64,000 nucleotides of DNA from a phage. Shown one piece after another: positions 36,969 to 47,086 of the stretch (within the stretch, counting starts at the first letter, position 1; each line of letters begins with the position of its first letter). The stretch is taken from assembly GCA_011816565.1 (NCBI GenBank), contig GCA_011816565.1_3614.1; one strand, given 5' to 3'. The translations under genes and the position numbers were made by a program. The notes under the pieces are model-generated. The model searched no databases and had not been told where the DNA came from. It saw only the letters and a program-made list of their open reading frames with translations.

Positions 36969-39036
36969 ATTTATGGCATCTGCATACAACCGTTTCGGTG
37001 AGCCAAACCCGAAAGCAACTAAGTATAAAAGTGGGGGAAGTGTGAAACGAGACTATCGTGATGAAAAAGAAGTTGAAACTGTAGAGACTGTTTTAGAAAA
37101 TACTAAAATTGTCCCTGTCCCACAACAAAATATCGGTCTGATGGCTGCACAATATTTTGGTGTGCGATCAGCATTGTCCCAAGAAGACGGTGTGACAGTC
37201 ACTGCAACATATTTCCCATATTACGACCGCTACGGAAATCTGTCTGGTTTCAAAAAGCGTGACTGGACTATTCCTAAAGAGCAAAGGGGCCATTTCTCCG
37301 TTGTTGGCATCGTAAAGGCCAACTCCCAGATGTTTGGTCAAAAGCTGTGTGCATCTTCCAACAACCGTAAGCAGATTAACGTTTGTGAGGGAGAAGGTGA
37401 TGTTATTGCAGCATGGCAGGCTGCATATCAGATACAAGTAAAAGGGATTCTCACCAACGCTAAAGCCCCGGCAAAGGTGAAGCAGTGGGCTAAAGAGGTC
37501 CAGGACGGGATCGACGCAGTTATCAACGGTGGTGATCTGGCAGGAAAACCCTGCCTGCCTTTTGTTGGAATTAACTGTGGATGTGCAAACGCAGTAGATA
37601 CTTTTGCAAACAATGAGAAGTTTATCCGTAGCTATGGAACAGTTGTGCTGGCAATGGATAACGATGCAGCTAACGAGGTAGAGAAGCAAAAACACGTCAT
37701 TAAAGGTGTTGAGGCCACGCACAATATCGCAGCATTTTTGATGGCTGATAACGTTTACCACGTAGAATACCCTGGTGAAGTAAATGACCCTGACGGTGTA
37801 AAAGATATCCGAGACATGCTGAAGGCTAAAAAGCTGGAAGATATTGTCAACATGTTCCGGCACCCTGTTAAATATGTGCCTGATGCTGTGTCGGATTTAG
37901 AAGACTTCTCTATCGAGTCTTTGCGGAAAAAGACTTCCAACGGGGTAGATATCAGTGCAGAGTTCCCAAAACTGCAAAAAATGCTAAAAGGCTTGCACAA
38001 AGGGACACTTGTAATGCTTACAGGTCCATCAGGCGGCGGTAAAACAACCGTGGCTAAAAAACTGGAACACTGTATTGCAAGATACCTAATGGACCCGACA
38101 TGCCCGAAGGCCGATGACTATGAAGAGGATGATCGTCTATGCATGATTCATCTTGAGGAGGACCCAGAGGAAGCAATTAACTCCTTGTATGCAAACCAGT
38201 TAGGGTTTGATGTTAAAGAGTTTGTTGAAGATCCTAGCCAGTTTTTAACTGATCAAGAACACGCAGAGATTCACCAATCATGGGCAAAAGCTGGAAAAAT
38301 CAAAGTGTTCAAACATTTCGGGTCTATTCCAGTGGACGAGTTGATTACCAAGCTTAAGCAAATGGTTTGCCTGTACCATTGTCGTTATATTGTGCTGGAT
38401 CACCTGTCCATGGTAATTTCAGGGCTTAATGTTAAGGATGAGCGAAAAGAACTGGACATGGCTATGACCCAACTGGCTGCGTTTTGTAAGCAGTTTAACG
38501 TGTTTATCTTGGTGATCGCTCACCTCAAACGTACAGAGATTGTGCCCCCTAAGGACAAGGATGGTAACCCATTACCTTTCTGGTATCCTGTGCGAAAAGA
38601 GAATTTGCGAGGATCGGCTGGGCTTGAACAGTTGAGTTGGGTAGTCATAGGTGTCGAGGCCGAAGAAATGGTGGATCGTTCTCGTGGGCGTGTCCGTCTG
38701 GTAGGTCTTAAAAACCGTCCAGCAAAAACTTTAGGTATTGCTGACACTTTAGTTATGGACCCACATACAGGTAAGTTCCATGATGCCAGTAATTGGTACT
38801 GGGACAAAGAAATGCAAATGTTTACAGATGGAGAAGGTGGGGAGGTTGTTTGGAGACCTCAGGCTATGTTTGAGGATCAGGAGCATGCAGTTGTAGAAAC
38901 ACCTATGGGCAAGGTTGTGGCTGATAAGGTTGTAACTCCTACTGTTAAGCCTGTTGACACGCAGGAAGACCTCCAGTACGATGATCCGTCCTCTGACCAG
39001 GTTCCTGGTTTTGAGGATGATGAAACGCCTTTTTAA
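36958..39036 (+). CDS. DNA primase-helicase (TOPRIM + DnaB-like)
   Basis: TOPRIM motifs (VCEGEGDVIAAW; VVLAMDNDAANE), Walker A (GPSGGGKTT) and DnaB-like helicase motifs (RYIVLDHLSMV). Confidence 0.65.
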   Translation: MGSKFMASAYNRFGEPNPKATKYKSGGSVKRDYRDEKEVETVETVLENTKIVPVPQQNIGLMAAQYFGVRSALSQEDGVTVTATYFPYYDRYGNLSGFKKRDWTIPKEQRGHFSVVGIVKANSQMFGQKLCASSNNRKQINVCEGEGDVIAAWQAAYQIQVKGILTNAKAPAKVKQWAKEVQDGIDAVINGGDLAGKPCLPFVGINCGCANAVDTFANNEKFIRSYGTVVLAMDNDAANEVEKQKHVIKGVEATHNIAAFLMADNVYHVEYPGEVNDPDGVKDIRDMLKAKKLEDIVNMFRHPVKYVPDAVSDLEDFSIESLRKKTSNGVDISAEFPKLQKMLKGLHKGTLVMLTGPSGGGKTTVAKKLEHCIARYLMDPTCPKADDYEEDDRLCMIHLEEDPEEAINSLYANQLGFDVKEFVEDPSQFLTDQEHAEIHQSWAKAGKIKVFKHFGSIPVDELITKLKQMVCLYHCRYIVLDHLSMVISGLNVKDERKELDMAMTQLAAFCKQFNVFILVIAHLKRTEIVPPKDKDGNPLPFWYPVRKENLRGSAGLEQLSWVVIGVEAEEMVDRSRGRVRLVGLKNRPAKTLGIADTLVMDPHTGKFHDASNWYWDKEMQMFTDGEGGEVVWRPQAMFEDQEHAVVETPMGKVVADKVVTPTVKPVDTQEDLQYDDPSSDQVPGFEDDETPF

Positions 39037-39094
39037 TGTTTAACAAAGAGTGGGAGGGGTAGTACAACCGCCTCCCCTTTAAGGAGAACACTTT

Positions 39095-39829
39095 ATGAAC
39101 GAGTTCAGAGATCACTGTGTAGCCAATCACTTGTGGTCAGAAATATTGGAGTATGACGGTCAAAATCTTTTTTGGAAGATAGACATTCTGGCAGGCAGCG
39201 GTGTAGGATATGTTAAAACTTCAGCAGGCTCCAGAGCTGACAAGGGGCAAGATGCTGATGGCAGGCCTGTGGTTAGTCTAGGAAAGCATTGCACTAAAGG
39301 TGCCCACGTTATAATCTGGGAAATGTTTAACGGTCCTGTACCAGAAGGGTATGAGGTTGACCACATCAAGGAGATAAGGGAAACAGGTGGTGTGGCTGAC
39401 AACAGTATTCAAAATTTGCAACTACTCGAACCTACAGATAACAAAAAGAAAAGTTGCAAGATACCTCGTAGCAACAACAAATCTGGCAGGGTCGGGGTGC
39501 ACTATTCTGAAGAAAGAGAGGCGTGGGTAGCTCAAGGCACAGACTCTGTAGGTGAAAGGGTCTGGCTAGGCCAGTACAGAACTTTTGAAGAGGCAGAGTG
39601 GGCAAGAAAGTTCTTCGAAGATAATGGTTTTTCGCACAAGAGTGGAAGAGCCGTGCAGTATAATAACACCAGCGGTTGCTCAGGGGTGAATTGGGATAAA
39701 ACCCATGAAAGATGGGTAGCCAGAATTTATGTAGATGGTAAAAGGAAATGCCTTGGGTATTTCAAGAACAGGGACGATGCAATAGCTGCAAGAAAGAATG
39801 CTGAGAAGACACAGGAGGAGACAGTATGA
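39095..39829 (+). CDS. HNH homing endonuclease with AP2-type DNA-binding domains
   Basis: HNH core (YEVDHIKEIRETGGVADNSIQNLQLL) and two AP2-like repeats (SGRVGVHYSEEREAWVAQ; SGVNWDKTHERWVARIYVDGKRKCLGYF); free-standing between primase-helicase and polymerase; stop overlaps polymerase start. Confidence 0.65.
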   Translation: MNEFRDHCVANHLWSEILEYDGQNLFWKIDILAGSGVGYVKTSAGSRADKGQDADGRPVVSLGKHCTKGAHVIIWEMFNGPVPEGYEVDHIKEIRETGGVADNSIQNLQLLEPTDNKKKSCKIPRSNNKSGRVGVHYSEEREAWVAQGTDSVGERVWLGQYRTFEEAEWARKFFEDNGFSHKSGRAVQYNNTSGCSGVNWDKTHERWVARIYVDGKRKCLGYFKNRDDAIAARKNAEKTQEETV

Positions 39830-42603
39830 GTAATTGGTGCTTCGATCTGGAGGCCTCCGGGCTCTTGGAAGACCCAGATCTTTATTATCACTGCGGTCTG
39901 TTTAAAGAGCTGAATAAGAACCGTTTTATGCTGTTCCTTCCTCTAAATGACCGCACACACTACTCCGAGGAGGATATAGAGAAGGCTAAGAACTTTATTC
40001 TGGCAAAGAAAACTCTTTATAAAGATTTTGAAGTTCGCATAGCAGATTTTTCGGAGTTGGAAGGTTGGCTTACAGGAAATTCCGACTGGTCACCAACAGC
40101 TTTGAACTGCCATAACTGCTACAGTTATGACTTTATGCTGATGGAGAGATTATCCGGTATTCATTTTGATATGTTCCGTGATCCTAAATGTATGGGGACT
40201 ATCAACGACCACCAGGTTAACCTGTTCGATACGTTGGCGATGAGCCGAATCTTGTGGCCTGATCGCCCTTTACCAAAAGGTTGTCCGGACTCTGTATTCA
40301 ACCCGGTTACTAAGAAAATGCAGCCTGTTGGTCCTCACGGCCTTATGGCATGGGGCTACGCCCTTGGTAACCAGAAAGTTCAAATTGATGACTGGCGCGA
40401 TCTTCCGTTGTGGAAGTATGTGGATCGTGTATTTGAGGACGTTATCATCCAGGAGCTGCTCTGGAAAGAACTGGTAGCGGAATCAAAAGGTGTATTCTAC
40501 GGCAAATCTGACATGCAGAACTTTATGTACGATCCTGCCAAAGAGAAGCCGAAAGGGTTCAAGAAGATCACCTGGAAGAACGCATTACGCCGAGGCATGC
40601 TGCAGCACTTCCTGATGGAGCTGCAGGCCCGTCAGGGTGTGTATTTCGACATAGACGGGGCTATTGCTTTACGTGACCGTTGCGATGCGTGGATGAAAGA
40701 AATAGCTGATCGTGTTGAACCACAACTACCTTTAAAAGAGCTGTCAATGTCTCAGCGGCCTAAGTTCCCTGAAAAGCCGTTTAACCAGGATGGGACAATC
40801 TCCAATAATGGTTGGAAATGGTTAAAAGACAAGCTTGGCTACCCTGTGGACATGAGTGCTTTAGAATTCAAAGCTCCTCCTAAGCGAGCATTTACCTCCA
40901 CAGGAGATGTCAGTAAGATGGGGATAAAATGGTGTGAAGAGATGGGCTGTAAAGACCCAGACAAGATGGCTGATTTCTTGAGAGGTTATATTAAGGGCAC
41001 CTCCACACCACAACCTTTACCTAAAGAGCTGATGGATCAGGCAATAAGCGATCTGCAGCAGAAGCGAATGCCTGACTGCAAGATACCTATGAAAATCAGC
41101 AATCAGGACGATATTAAGCGATACCTGATCAGTGCTGGTTGGCTTCCGACAATGTGGAGAACTAAGGATGTAACTAAAGACAGCAAGAAGAAAGCTCTAC
41201 CTGATGCAGATGTTGATGCACGAGTATATGCATATATGGACGAGCTTTTAGAGTCAGAGTATTGTGACCTGATTATCAACTTCTGGAACAAAACTGATGC
41301 TAAGTTCCAGACAACCGTGCACAAGTTCCGAAGCTTTCCTAACTCCGAAAGGATTAAAAAGGAAGTATTCGGGAAAATACGTAGAAAAGCTAGGGCACTT
41401 ATTACTTCTCCGCAACTGAAAGATACGTTTGGACACCTATGCCCGAATCTTGAAAAATTGAACGGAGAGATGGCTAAAGATATCGTCTTGTGGTTATCAT
41501 TGCGAAACCGCAGATCGGTCCTTGATCCAATCAAGGAGGATAAGGTTGATACTGGTCTTCTTAATCACCCACGTTTGAAGATTGACCATAAGCTTCCTGC
41601 TAAAAGTTCTGGATTAACAAACACTTCCCGACAGAAACACAGTATTTGTGCAAACATGCCTAAACCATCTCCTAAAGTGGTTATGGGTAAAGAGATGCGT
41701 AGTCTGTGGGGTGTTCCTCCAGGATACTTTGAGATCGGTATTGACGGGTCCAACTTAGAGCAGCTTATCGGGGCTTGGGGTGCCTTTGAGTTCGACAACG
41801 GCCTGTATTACGATGTTGTAAGTAACGGGGACGCACACCAAAACAATGCTGAGGCATATACAAAAGTAGCAGGTAGAGAGGTGTCTCGTAACGACGGTAA
41901 ACCTATCACGTATGGGGTTATGTATGGGGCACAAAAAGATAAAGTTGCAGATATGCTGGACATCTCTCCAGAGTTGGGACAAAGGGTAATCGATGCACTC
42001 TGGGATGCCAACCCTGGTCTTAAGGGGCGTAAAGAAGATCTGGAGAAATTCTGGGAAGCAACGGGTAAGAAGTTTATCTACTCTTTTGATGGTCATGCTA
42101 TCTGGACCCGATCTAAACACTCTTTACTTAATGCATACCAACAAAATGGCGGCGCATCGTTGTGTGACTTAGTTGGGATACTCATGCACCATCAAATGGT
42201 GAAGCGTGGGTGGTACGATGAAGGTGTTCGTCGTATTATCTATTACCATGACGAATATCAGCTTCAAGTCCCTGACACACCGAAGTATAAGACTGTGTAC
42301 ACCTTCGACACAATCGAAGAACTGGAAGCATTTAAGGCAGAGCAGGAGGCCAAACTTCATGTGTTCGACGGTCATAAGTACAAAAAGGCACGCAAGGATG
42401 AGGACGGAAACGAAGTGGTTGACAGAGACGGAAACACGGTGTACGATCCTATCCTGAACGATGACGGAAAGCTTGAACTTATCTGGAGCCCTGTGGGTGA
42501 AATGGTGGTGCATTGCTTCTGGCAAGCTTCTAAAATGATGGGCGTCCCGTTCCAGATCACAGGTGAATACTTGTGTGGTCGTAATTGGGGTGATTGTCAC
42601 TAA
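39826..42603 (+). CDS. family A DNA polymerase with 3'-5' exonuclease domain
   Basis: Exo I motif (CFDLEASG), motif A-like (IGIDGSNLEQ), motif B-like (KPITYGVMYGAQ), motif C (YYHDEYQL). Confidence 0.7.
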   Translation: MSNWCFDLEASGLLEDPDLYYHCGLFKELNKNRFMLFLPLNDRTHYSEEDIEKAKNFILAKKTLYKDFEVRIADFSELEGWLTGNSDWSPTALNCHNCYSYDFMLMERLSGIHFDMFRDPKCMGTINDHQVNLFDTLAMSRILWPDRPLPKGCPDSVFNPVTKKMQPVGPHGLMAWGYALGNQKVQIDDWRDLPLWKYVDRVFEDVIIQELLWKELVAESKGVFYGKSDMQNFMYDPAKEKPKGFKKITWKNALRRGMLQHFLMELQARQGVYFDIDGAIALRDRCDAWMKEIADRVEPQLPLKELSMSQRPKFPEKPFNQDGTISNNGWKWLKDKLGYPVDMSALEFKAPPKRAFTSTGDVSKMGIKWCEEMGCKDPDKMADFLRGYIKGTSTPQPLPKELMDQAISDLQQKRMPDCKIPMKISNQDDIKRYLISAGWLPTMWRTKDVTKDSKKKALPDADVDARVYAYMDELLESEYCDLIINFWNKTDAKFQTTVHKFRSFPNSERIKKEVFGKIRRKARALITSPQLKDTFGHLCPNLEKLNGEMAKDIVLWLSLRNRRSVLDPIKEDKVDTGLLNHPRLKIDHKLPAKSSGLTNTSRQKHSICANMPKPSPKVVMGKEMRSLWGVPPGYFEIGIDGSNLEQLIGAWGAFEFDNGLYYDVVSNGDAHQNNAEAYTKVAGREVSRNDGKPITYGVMYGAQKDKVADMLDISPELGQRVIDALWDANPGLKGRKEDLEKFWEATGKKFIYSFDGHAIWTRSKHSLLNAYQQNGGASLCDLVGILMHHQMVKRGWYDEGVRRIIYYHDEYQLQVPDTPKYKTVYTFDTIEELEAFKAEQEAKLHVFDGHKYKKARKDEDGNEVVDRDGNTVYDPILNDDGKLELIWSPVGEMVVHCFWQASKMMGVPFQITGEYLCGRNWGDCH

Positions 42604-42652
42604 TGTAAACTATCAACACATGGAAGTGTTGTTGAGCAAAGAGGAGACTTTT

Positions 42653-42970
42653 ATGGTAGTAGAACCAACAAAAACATTTACATCCATGACTATCCCTGTT
42701 ATTATGCAGGTGGAGTGTGTTCAGGTATCTCAAGTGTGGCCTGGCACTAAAATCCCGACAGGGCCTGATTTCTTTCAGGTTGGGAAAGTGTACAATGTCT
42801 GGAAGGCACCAGATTGTTACCCTTTCATTAAAGAGAAGGCACCAAATTGCTACCCCTTCATTAAAGATGACCGTGGGATGCTGTGGTATCTTGGAAATGA
42901 TTTGACACTGCACCTTGGGAATGCTATTATTGCAGTATTCAGACTTAACAAGAAGGAGACCGATCAATGA
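42653..42970 (+). CDS. hypothetical protein with internal 11-aa tandem repeat
   Basis: Start at ATG after GAGGAG (track ORF from 42563 overlaps polymerase); contains APDCYPFIKEK/APNCYPFIKDD encoded by a 33-bp tandem duplication. Confidence 0.45.
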   Translation: MVVEPTKTFTSMTIPVIMQVECVQVSQVWPGTKIPTGPDFFQVGKVYNVWKAPDCYPFIKEKAPNCYPFIKDDRGMLWYLGNDLTLHLGNAIIAVFRLNKKETDQ

Positions 42971-43194
42971 CAACTTTGGTTAAAGCTACTTTTGTAGAAG
43001 AAAAGATGACAGACCTGTCATTCTTTAAAGAAGGAAAGACCTACGAGGTTTATTACGATAAAGCTCGTGCAAACAAGATGATTAAAGACGAGGAAGGGAT
43101 TGCCTGGTTTATCTCCCATCTGGCAAACGGTGAGTATCATATCTACGGAACCACCCTGCTTGCCAAGTTTGTAGCTGTTGAAGAGGACCTATGA
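42967..43194 (+). CDS. hypothetical small protein
   Basis: 75 aa; overlaps upstream stop. Confidence 0.4.
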   Translation: MTTLVKATFVEEKMTDLSFFKEGKTYEVYYDKARANKMIKDEEGIAWFISHLANGEYHIYGTTLLAKFVAVEEDL

Positions 43195-43385
43195 AAGTAA
43201 AGTATCTGGCTGAGGGTATGAGTAGGTATTTCACCCTTGGTGAAGAATATTGGCCCTTTACAAGCAACGGTGATGTCTACGTGAAAGATAATTTCGGCAC
43301 TCCGTGGTTTCTGCACTCTAATGGGCTGGGATACTCCATTTACTGCGGTGCAGTGAACAACACAACCCTTGCAGAGTTCGTTTAG
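43191..43385 (+). CDS. hypothetical small protein
   Basis: 64 aa; overlaps upstream stop. Confidence 0.4.
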   Translation: MKVKYLAEGMSRYFTLGEEYWPFTSNGDVYVKDNFGTPWFLHSNGLGYSIYCGAVNNTTLAEFV

Positions 43386-43395
43386 AGGAGGTAGA

Positions 43396-43767
43396 ATGTT
43401 AGTAAAAGGTACCCACACAGTCAAGCAACGTATTGAAGTTGAGATTGATGATTGTGAGCTGAAGCATATTCTACGGTCATGTTCTAACGTTTTGCTCCTT
43501 AGTATTCTCCAGGAGCGAGCGGAGAACGAGTTCTTAAATGCACTGGCAGGCCGTCCTGGTGACTTCTGTGTGCGTAAGCGTGGTGACAACAAGTCATGGC
43601 TGTGGGAAATCGATGCCGACTGGGATTACCACAAAAATGAGGGTATAGATGAGCCTATTCGTGAATTGACAGACAAAGAGGTTCAGATGTACAATGAAGT
43701 TTGTCATTGGGCAACACGCCAACAAATTTACCTCGACCCTGTGTGGCTGATTGAAAACAGTCATTGA
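43396..43767 (+). CDS. hypothetical protein
   Basis: Start at ATG following GAGGAGG (track ORF from 43369). Confidence 0.45.
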   Translation: MLVKGTHTVKQRIEVEIDDCELKHILRSCSNVLLLSILQERAENEFLNALAGRPGDFCVRKRGDNKSWLWEIDADWDYHKNEGIDEPIRELTDKEVQMYNEVCHWATRQQIYLDPVWLIENSH

Positions 43768-43792
43768 CAAGAAGTAAGATTAGATATAAGAT
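43764..43792 (+). promoter_or_regulatory. sigma70-like promoter (TTGACA-N17-TAAGAT)
   Basis: Consensus -35 with 17-nt spacer upstream of 43844. Confidence 0.45.
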
Positions 43793-43843
43793 GCTTCACA
43801 AAAACAGAGCGTTGATTTTTAAATAACTAAGGAGACTGCTAAG

Positions 43844-44098
43844 ATGAAAATTACTTTGAAGTCAGAATGCGTTGCAAATGACCGAGCTTTTAAAGATTGC
43901 ACAGTCGGTGCAATTTATGAAGCAGAGTTTTGTGAGAACCCTCTGGTAAAAGCCCTCCTGGAAGAAGGGGCCCCTTTATCACAAGAAGAGATCGATGAGC
44001 TGGAAAACTCAGCACAGTGCCTTACCTTTAAAGATGATGAAGGAGACTCTGTCTGGTGCACTGTTAATGAGGTAGTTTTTGTAAAACCTGAACATTAA
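43844..44098 (+). CDS. hypothetical small protein (tandem paralogue 1)
   Basis: 84 aa; shares motifs with 44162-44422 (AF[KR]DCT...Y; D.V.CT..E). Confidence 0.5.
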   Translation: MKITLKSECVANDRAFKDCTVGAIYEAEFCENPLVKALLEEGAPLSQEEIDELENSAQCLTFKDDEGDSVWCTVNEVVFVKPEH

Positions 44099-44101
44099 TA
44101 C

Positions 44102-44130
44102 TTGACAACAGTGATGGGGCCTAATATAAT
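44102..44130 (+). promoter_or_regulatory. sigma70 consensus promoter (TTGACA-N17-TATAAT)
   Basis: Perfect -35 and -10 hexamers with 17-nt spacer upstream of 44162. Confidence 0.6.
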
Positions 44131-44161
44131 GGCCCTATCAAAACGAAAGGGGACCACAGCA

Positions 44162-44422
44162 ATGACCAAACAATATCAACGAATTAAAGCCAAGGTTAAG
44201 CCAGACTATCTGGAGAAAGACTCTGCTTTTCGGGACTGCACAGCCGACAAAGTTTACACAGGGGCTGTCCTGTTGAACGATAAACTTGAAGTAGATGTGC
44301 TGGGTAAAGAGGCCGTTATCGAGGATGACAACGGTGACTGTGTTTTCTGCACCACACGGGAGCTAGAAGTCTTAGAATACTTCGGTGAAATCTTCAACTC
44401 CTTAGACGACGAGGAAGCGTGA
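44162..44422 (+). CDS. hypothetical small protein (tandem paralogue 2)
   Basis: Start at ATG after AAAGGGGA, downstream of the consensus promoter (track ORF from 44102 begins inside the promoter). Confidence 0.5.
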   Translation: MTKQYQRIKAKVKPDYLEKDSAFRDCTADKVYTGAVLLNDKLEVDVLGKEAVIEDDNGDCVFCTTRELEVLEYFGEIFNSLDDEEA

Positions 44423-44811
44423 TGAAAAATATTTGGGATATTGATATCTTTGAAGCCTCTAAGCTTGACGGTGCTGATGGAGTTATTATGGTGTCTGATG
44501 GCAAGGCAACACTAACTTCCGGAGATATCATTTATGCCTTGGACGAGCTGGCGCTTCTGAAATCTACCGGTAACACTTTAGAGGAGCGTCTTCAAGGCTT
44601 CGCCTTCAAAGAAGGCACAAATACCGCCATGATGTGCACCACACGGACAGTCCAGGTTGGTAACGGTGTCTATATGATCATTGCTGTGTGTCCTAAATTC
44701 AGCAACGTCAACAAAGATGATGCTGACGCTGTCAACGATGTGGTTGTTCTCTTCGTGGGTGACGCTATGGCAGACCTGATGAATGCAGGAGAAGCGGCAA
44801 ATGAAGACTGA
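44419..44811 (+). CDS. hypothetical protein
   Basis: 130 aa; overlaps upstream stop. Confidence 0.45.
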   Translation: MMKNIWDIDIFEASKLDGADGVIMVSDGKATLTSGDIIYALDELALLKSTGNTLEERLQGFAFKEGTNTAMMCTTRTVQVGNGVYMIIAVCPKFSNVNKDDADAVNDVVVLFVGDAMADLMNAGEAANED

Positions 44812-45103
44812 AAACATTACCCCAGCAGGGTTCTTAAAAGTATACCGTGAACTGCTATATACTACAGAGGACAGTGTTCTAGAGTATCCAGAATATCTTT
44901 TGCTGTATAAGTATCTACAGGAAGCTGGTGAAAATCTGCCAGTTAGTGCAGAAGGTGGTCCGAACTGGATATACAGCGCATGGAGAAAGGTTGACATTCT
45001 CCCAGATCCAGGTAAAGATATGGTAGTTTGGCAGCTTATCAACAACGTCGGGATTCCAATCTTTGATGAAGCTGTTAAAATCTATTTTGAACTTGACGAT
45101 TAA
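44801..45103 (+). CDS. hypothetical protein
   Basis: Start at ATG after GGAGAAG (track ORF from 44783). Confidence 0.4.
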   Translation: MKTENITPAGFLKVYRELLYTTEDSVLEYPEYLLLYKYLQEAGENLPVSAEGGPNWIYSAWRKVDILPDPGKDMVVWQLINNVGIPIFDEAVKIYFELDD

Positions 45104-45120
45104 TATCAGGAGACCTTAAG

Positions 45121-45366
45121 ATGGCTGAAGTAGTTGCTCGCGCAGGACAGAAAGTACGTTGTGTGGAAGTAGGTTTTGGTGGCAAAGGGTGTCAAAACTT
45201 GACTCAAGGTAAGGAATACGCTGTTATTTCTGGTGGTGGCGACGAGAGTATTGTGTTCGAGGGCCACATCCTGGATGCTGAAAACTTTGAAATCTTTGAC
45301 GACGATGGAGATCCGATCACCTGCCTGCTGGACGGGAATTGGGGAACTTTCGAAGTGATTGGCTAA
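45121..45366 (+). CDS. hypothetical small protein
   Basis: 81 aa with RBS (AGGAGACC). Confidence 0.45.
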   Translation: MAEVVARAGQKVRCVEVGFGGKGCQNLTQGKEYAVISGGGDESIVFEGHILDAENFEIFDDDGDPITCLLDGNWGTFEVIG

Positions 45367-45396
45367 CAAATACCTATTGTAATTTACAGAAGGGGA

Positions 45397-45405
45397 TGCT
45401 AAAAT
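45397..45405 (+). promoter_or_regulatory. extended -10 promoter-like motif TGCTAAAAT
   Basis: Third copy of TGnTAAAATA, upstream of 45450. Confidence 0.3.
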
Positions 45406-45449
45406 AGTGTCTCCTTCTATGTTGTTCAAATAAAATCGGAGATTCCATA

Positions 45450-45815
45450 ATGGAACAAATGAACGATCAAGCGTCGGTTGCGATGAACGAGCAAGAACAA
45501 CCTCAAGAATTTTTCTTAGGGTTAAGTAAAGATCAAGTGTCTCTTCTGCTAGTGCTTTCTTCTTTCATGGGAAGACTTCAGGAGCTCACACAACAGCCAG
45601 AGGCTGAACAATTATTCCAAGCTTTGCGTGAAGAAGAAAAATATCGTCGTTTGGACTATGCCTTAGGTTGGGTAGCTCAACAACGAGATATGCTGATGGC
45701 CCTCTCTGGGACCACAAGTTTTGCAATGGGCCTGCTGGCTCAAGTTCAGGACAAATTAATTCAAGCAGGGTTTGCACACACGGCAAACACTAACGAAGAA
45801 CAAGGAGACAAATAA
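45450..45815 (+). CDS. hypothetical protein
   Basis: 121 aa with RBS (CGGAGA). Confidence 0.45.
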   Translation: MEQMNDQASVAMNEQEQPQEFFLGLSKDQVSLLLVLSSFMGRLQELTQQPEAEQLFQALREEEKYRRLDYALGWVAQQRDMLMALSGTTSFAMGLLAQVQDKLIQAGFAHTANTNEEQGDK

Positions 45816-47086
45816 TGAGCGTTATTCAACAATTTGCTAACCCGATGAATCCGCGTGAAACTGTTTTACTGGCTCACGGCATGATTAAACGTGTCAGCAT
45901 CAAACCTATCAAAGGTGCTGATCCTACAACAGGTATTAAAACCACTGTGTGGCAAGGTAAGAAAATTGAGTCCAGCCACACCATCTCTTTACTGATTTCT
46001 GAACTGGATTCCTCTGATAACCTGCTTCAAGGTGGTGAAGAAGTCTGGATCAGTATGGGTGATAAACTGCTTAAACCGGGTCATCAAGACTCTGTCTCTG
46101 TTAAAATTGATGACAAGTGGGAAACCGTAACGCCAGGATGGATCGTAAATATCCCTTTGAAGGCAAACGAGCATAACGGTAAGACCTATTACAAAGGCTC
46201 ACTGGCTAAGATGGTTAAGCTGGGTGCAGGAGAGGCTCCAGCAGCGACTCAGCAGCAAAAACAGCAACAAGGTGCACAATCACAAGGCCAGAAGCAGAAA
46301 CCTCAGCAGAATGCCAATCAGGACGTTTTACGCATCTATGGTGATGTGACTCAGATTGTTGGCAACGTGGTTACTGTTAATGACCACAAGATTGGCGAAG
46401 GTGCTATGGTTGTCACTGATGAGCAGCTTAAAGACCTGGTGGTAGGTGGTCGTGTTGCAGCCATTGTTGACAAAGACACCGGAAACATTATCAGTGGTTT
46501 CAAAGCCTACCCACCTAAGGCAGAGAACGGCACTCAAGGCTCTGGTGGCAAGCGTAAATCCTCTTACGACCCTATTGGTGTGGAGACGGGGCATAGCATC
46601 AATGCGTTGCAGATCATCCTGGATCGCGGGTTTAAGGTGGACGACCCACTAGGCGTGGCTAAAACACTGCACGTAGTCACCATTGAGCTTAAGAAAGAGT
46701 ATGCTCAAGCCACCAACCGAACTGAAGATGAGGTAGGTGCCAGTGTCGGTAATGCGGTGTTGAACGCTTGTCGCCGTATTGACAAGAAAACGAAAGTTGA
46801 TGATTTTGCAGTGGCAATTACTGCAGAAGCAAAAGATGTCTTGACTAATCTGGCTGAGCCGTTGTACGATTGGATCAAGAACGGTGCTGAGTCCACTGAC
46901 CATCAAGAACCTCAAGCTGCCAAACAGGAAGCCGCTCCACAGCAAAACACTGTAGACGCTCCTCCTGTAAATGATGCGGAAGATGACCCAATGGATCAGA
47001 ATCCAGCACAGTATGACTTCTGTGATGACATACCTTTCGCTCCGGTGGGTTTGCAATATGGCAAAAGTAGAATCCACGCATTGTAA
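45815..47086 (+). CDS. hypothetical protein with SSB-like acidic C-terminal DDIPF motif
   Basis: Two domains joined by a Gln-rich linker; C-terminal acidic tail ...[19 protein letters not shown] followed by 16 extra residues that overlap the start of the downstream nuclease gene. Confidence 0.45.
   Translation: MSVIQQFANPMNPRETVLLAHGMIKRVSIKPIKGADPTTGIKTTVWQGKKIESSHTISLLISELDSSDNLLQGGEEVWISMGDKLLKPGHQDSVSVKIDDKWETVTPGWIVNIPLKANEHNGKTYYKGSLAKMVKLGAGEAPAATQQQKQQQGAQSQGQKQKPQQNANQDVLRIYGDVTQIVGNVVTVNDHKIGEGAMVVTDEQLKDLVVGGRVAAIVDKDTGNIISGFKAYPPKAENGTQGSGGKRKSSYDPIGVETGHSINALQIILDRGFKVDDPLGVAKTLHVVTIELKKEYAQATNRTEDEVGASVGNAVLNACRRIDKKTKVDDFAVAITAEAKDVLTNLAEPLYDWIKNGAESTDHQEPQAAKQEAAPQQNTVDAPPVNDAEDDPMDQNPAQYDFCDDIPFAPVGLQYGKSRIHAL

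Noticed and set aside
37168-37863. 231-aa minus-strand ORF
   Set aside because: Antisense to the primase-helicase gene, which has clear TOPRIM and Walker motifs; shadow ORF.
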